Below are positions 63,001-64,000 of a stretch of DNA of 64,000 nt, piece by piece (position 1 is the stretch's first letter; every line of letters begins with the position of its first letter). Origin of the DNA: Lentisphaeria bacterium (GTDB lineage Bacteria > Verrucomicrobiota > Lentisphaeria > JABSQK01 > JAWLHB01); the NCBI GenBank assembly GCA_041690595.1, contig JAWLHB010000016.1:62001-126000 (forward strand), given 5' to 3'. The position numbers and the translations under genes are program-made. The notes under the pieces were generated by a model. That model searched no databases and had not been told where the DNA came from. It saw only the letters and a program-made list of their open reading frames with translations.

Positions 63001-63999
63001 GCCCGCCTCGTTGACCGCCGTCAGCCGCATCGGCGCGGCAAGCAATTCACGCCCCTGTGCCACGACACTCTCCCAAAGCCCGAAGCGGTTCATCTGGTGC
63101 TCACGCAGCACCGTTTCCACCTGCTTCGGCCCTGCTTTCACCGGCGTAAAGGGGGGGAAGACCTCATCCGTCATCCCCAGATCGTTCCCCTCCCAGGCAA
63201 AACGCTGGCGCTTCAACACCAGCGGGTCCGTCTCCCGATCCCCGATCTTCAGGTTGAGCGCATAGTTCCCGCTCGCCAACTCGGGCAACTTGAAATGCTG
63301 ATCTTCCGCCATTAAAGATGCGTCGGCACTGAAAACCAGCTCGCCTTTCTCATCCCGCACCTGCAGGCGCGCGGAGCTTCGGGCAATCTCCTCGTTGGCC
63401 GGGCTGATCTGGACATGCAGATCGCGGCTGCTCGGCAGATGCCAGAAGCGCAGATCCGCCAGCTTCGCCCGCGCCTCCCGCAGGCGGCTCGCATCCACAT
63501 GTCGCCAGTAGAGGTTCGCCGCTTCGCTCGCGCTCAAGGCCCGATCGAAAATATGCACCTCATCCACATCACCAAAGAGCCGGTGATGATTGTACGTCAC
63601 ATCGAGCAGCGCCTCCGGCCCGAAGCGCGCCTCGCTGCTTCCCGCCGCCTCTCCATCCACATACCATTCAAACTTGCCGCTCCCCCAGCTCAACGCGTAG
63701 TGATACCAGCGCTCCGGATAGACCTCCGTCCCCAGCCGGTCCCCGGCGAAGACGAGGATCCCCTGGTTGTCCCGGTAATACGCCGTCAGCGGTCGGAAGT
63801 TGCTGGTCGTGTTGAAGAGGTAGAAGCTGAAGAGACTGGTCGACAGCAACGTCACATTCTGGTCCGAGTAGTTGTTGATTCCCACCGGCCGGCTCCAGAA
63901 GGTGATCGCCCCTTCCGCGGCACTGGCGAAACGGTCGCTGATCGCGATTCTGCCGCGAAAAGCCTGCCCGTGTACCCCATCGACGTAGGCGCCTTCGGT
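60013..63999 (-). CDS. Very large protein with LamG-like N-terminal domain and DUF6067/GH123-like core; 5' end beyond the window
   Basis: The frame stays open to the window edge (..GVHGQAF..EGAITFWSRP). Motifs WYHYALSW, DEVHIFDRALS, WEGNDLG....V.PPFTP, YIWMGG.ERGIAWFAEND.GW, FGLQASP.KP, YWDN. Confidence 0.7.
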   Translation of the reverse strand, partial: TEGAYVDGVHGQAFRGRIAISDRFASAAEGAITFWSRPVGINNYSDQNVTLLSTSLFSFYLFNTTSNFRPLTAYYRDNQGILVFAGDRLGTEVYPERWYHYALSWGSGKFEWYVDGEAAGSSEARFGPEALLDVTYNHHRLFGDVDEVHIFDRALSASEAANLYWRHVDASRLREARAKLADLRFWHLPSSRDLHVQISPANEEIARSSARLQVRDEKGELVFSADASLMAEDQHFKLPELASGNYALNLKIGDRETDPLVLKRQRFAWEGNDLGMTDEVFPPFTPVKAGPKQVETVLREHQMNRFGLWESVVAQGRELLAAPMRLTAVNEAGGELEWEGDVELVTSAAHEAVYRARSRCAALSVETTSTMEPDGMMRVSMRLEPVGEAVALQRLSIEIPMREAEATLLHEVLDSIRRSYAGAMPSGDGEIWTSRQTYRQPSWLNAFTGYIWMGGPERGIAWFAENDRGWITAKDFEQPIMRIVRSEGRVTLRVDLINVPGVVREASELVFGLQASPTKPTPEDYRTKALTLGGVGLPVHPWGGLSCSWKSPWMDNWEVVDKVIEGRNEGRVDRAWFERFQEEHDVPKIHGVKDWVEDVVRFASQTKPLTNPDPVYFEEMAVLPFIPEYHVFQDEWSRVRLPEKQYGSVDIYRKSGGREINPNAPTNYSRSYQDYALALMDEWMKRGVSMYWDNTYLKVSTNPWTSGAYMTADGRIQPATTMWNQRQYMERTWKLMNTWRRRGVPRPLEFVSHMTNANLLPLFSWSTCNYDIEMSQSVYANAFPESYQAGEPYRPEFLLAESTGLQVGAYPYIVHNLFIGQSNLPEEALGMRPGQIELGHREWGMRAVHEIIRGGPRHYQMPLAILDRALYSFGYGTDRVKVWRYWDDKAAFRVDNDEVKGLLVSRATDGALFLVLQSWSSEAVTATVDFVEPLLGFAPGAHGVDMLRNRPLTLENGRLTVELAFPFETGIYLLREGAREAELLFADNFDGGTHAGWDYLPGFGEPIDGALRLGPNVTSWQGPPRLFEWLDLPDYADAELSFRFRIESMPAANAEVMTVRFPAEGVNWSKHGLTHSHAQSRLRVQLFANAPAGWRWRLFADEDGKARLLKEGTGGTVDTAFHAIRIQTRGESYSLHLDDEVMLEVDHPLAAGGSAFEIAAVGRPETMIGALWLDDIQLRAPTSDGTRLEQRREKALASAAEVLANRDDGLKKQVDVAFGFRQGPAIWKLVFFRHPEADAAELVQLLRRAGNAGQQRVVLGLLGVLPERQREHVESMRAIGQPADRLPQFLAARQLVIAQLRPMLDVADGPLHEMISETLTKLTDPPPQ

Positions 64000-64000
64000 G

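Overview
A high-GC accessory region, most likely from a PVC-superphylum bacterium of the Lentisphaerota type. The taxon is inferred from the many FTLIELLVV prepilin-like genes, DUF4838-like proteins and GntR-LacI hybrid regulators. The window holds about 36 genes. I see no rRNA, tRNA, intact transposase, phage gene, reverse transcriptase or true CRISPR array. The centrepiece is a 17-kb co-directional glycan-degradation cluster (26683-44025) with no recognisable transporter. It encodes a GntR-LacI regulator, a prepilin-like H-X9-DG protein, two secreted DUF4838-like paralogs, a sulfatase strikingly similar to animal arylsulfatase K, two paralogous uncharacterised hydrolase-like proteins, GH4, GH20 and a Gfo/Idh/MocA oxidoreductase. 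The regulator + pilin-like + enzyme layout recurs at 51292-59865. Other genes: GH29 fucosidase, GH4 alpha-galactosidase, PagL-like barrel, ABC substrate-binding protein, a giant CheB-CheR-kinase-REC fusion, a hybrid kinase, thiC and icd. A CgeB/YkvP-type glycosyltransferase and a PRC-barrel protein both carry sigma54-like promoters, and one lipoprotein gene is broken by a G9 tract. Several intergenic repeat mosaics occur, and the G/C strand skew reverses twice. All family calls come from motif recognition by eye, not database searches.
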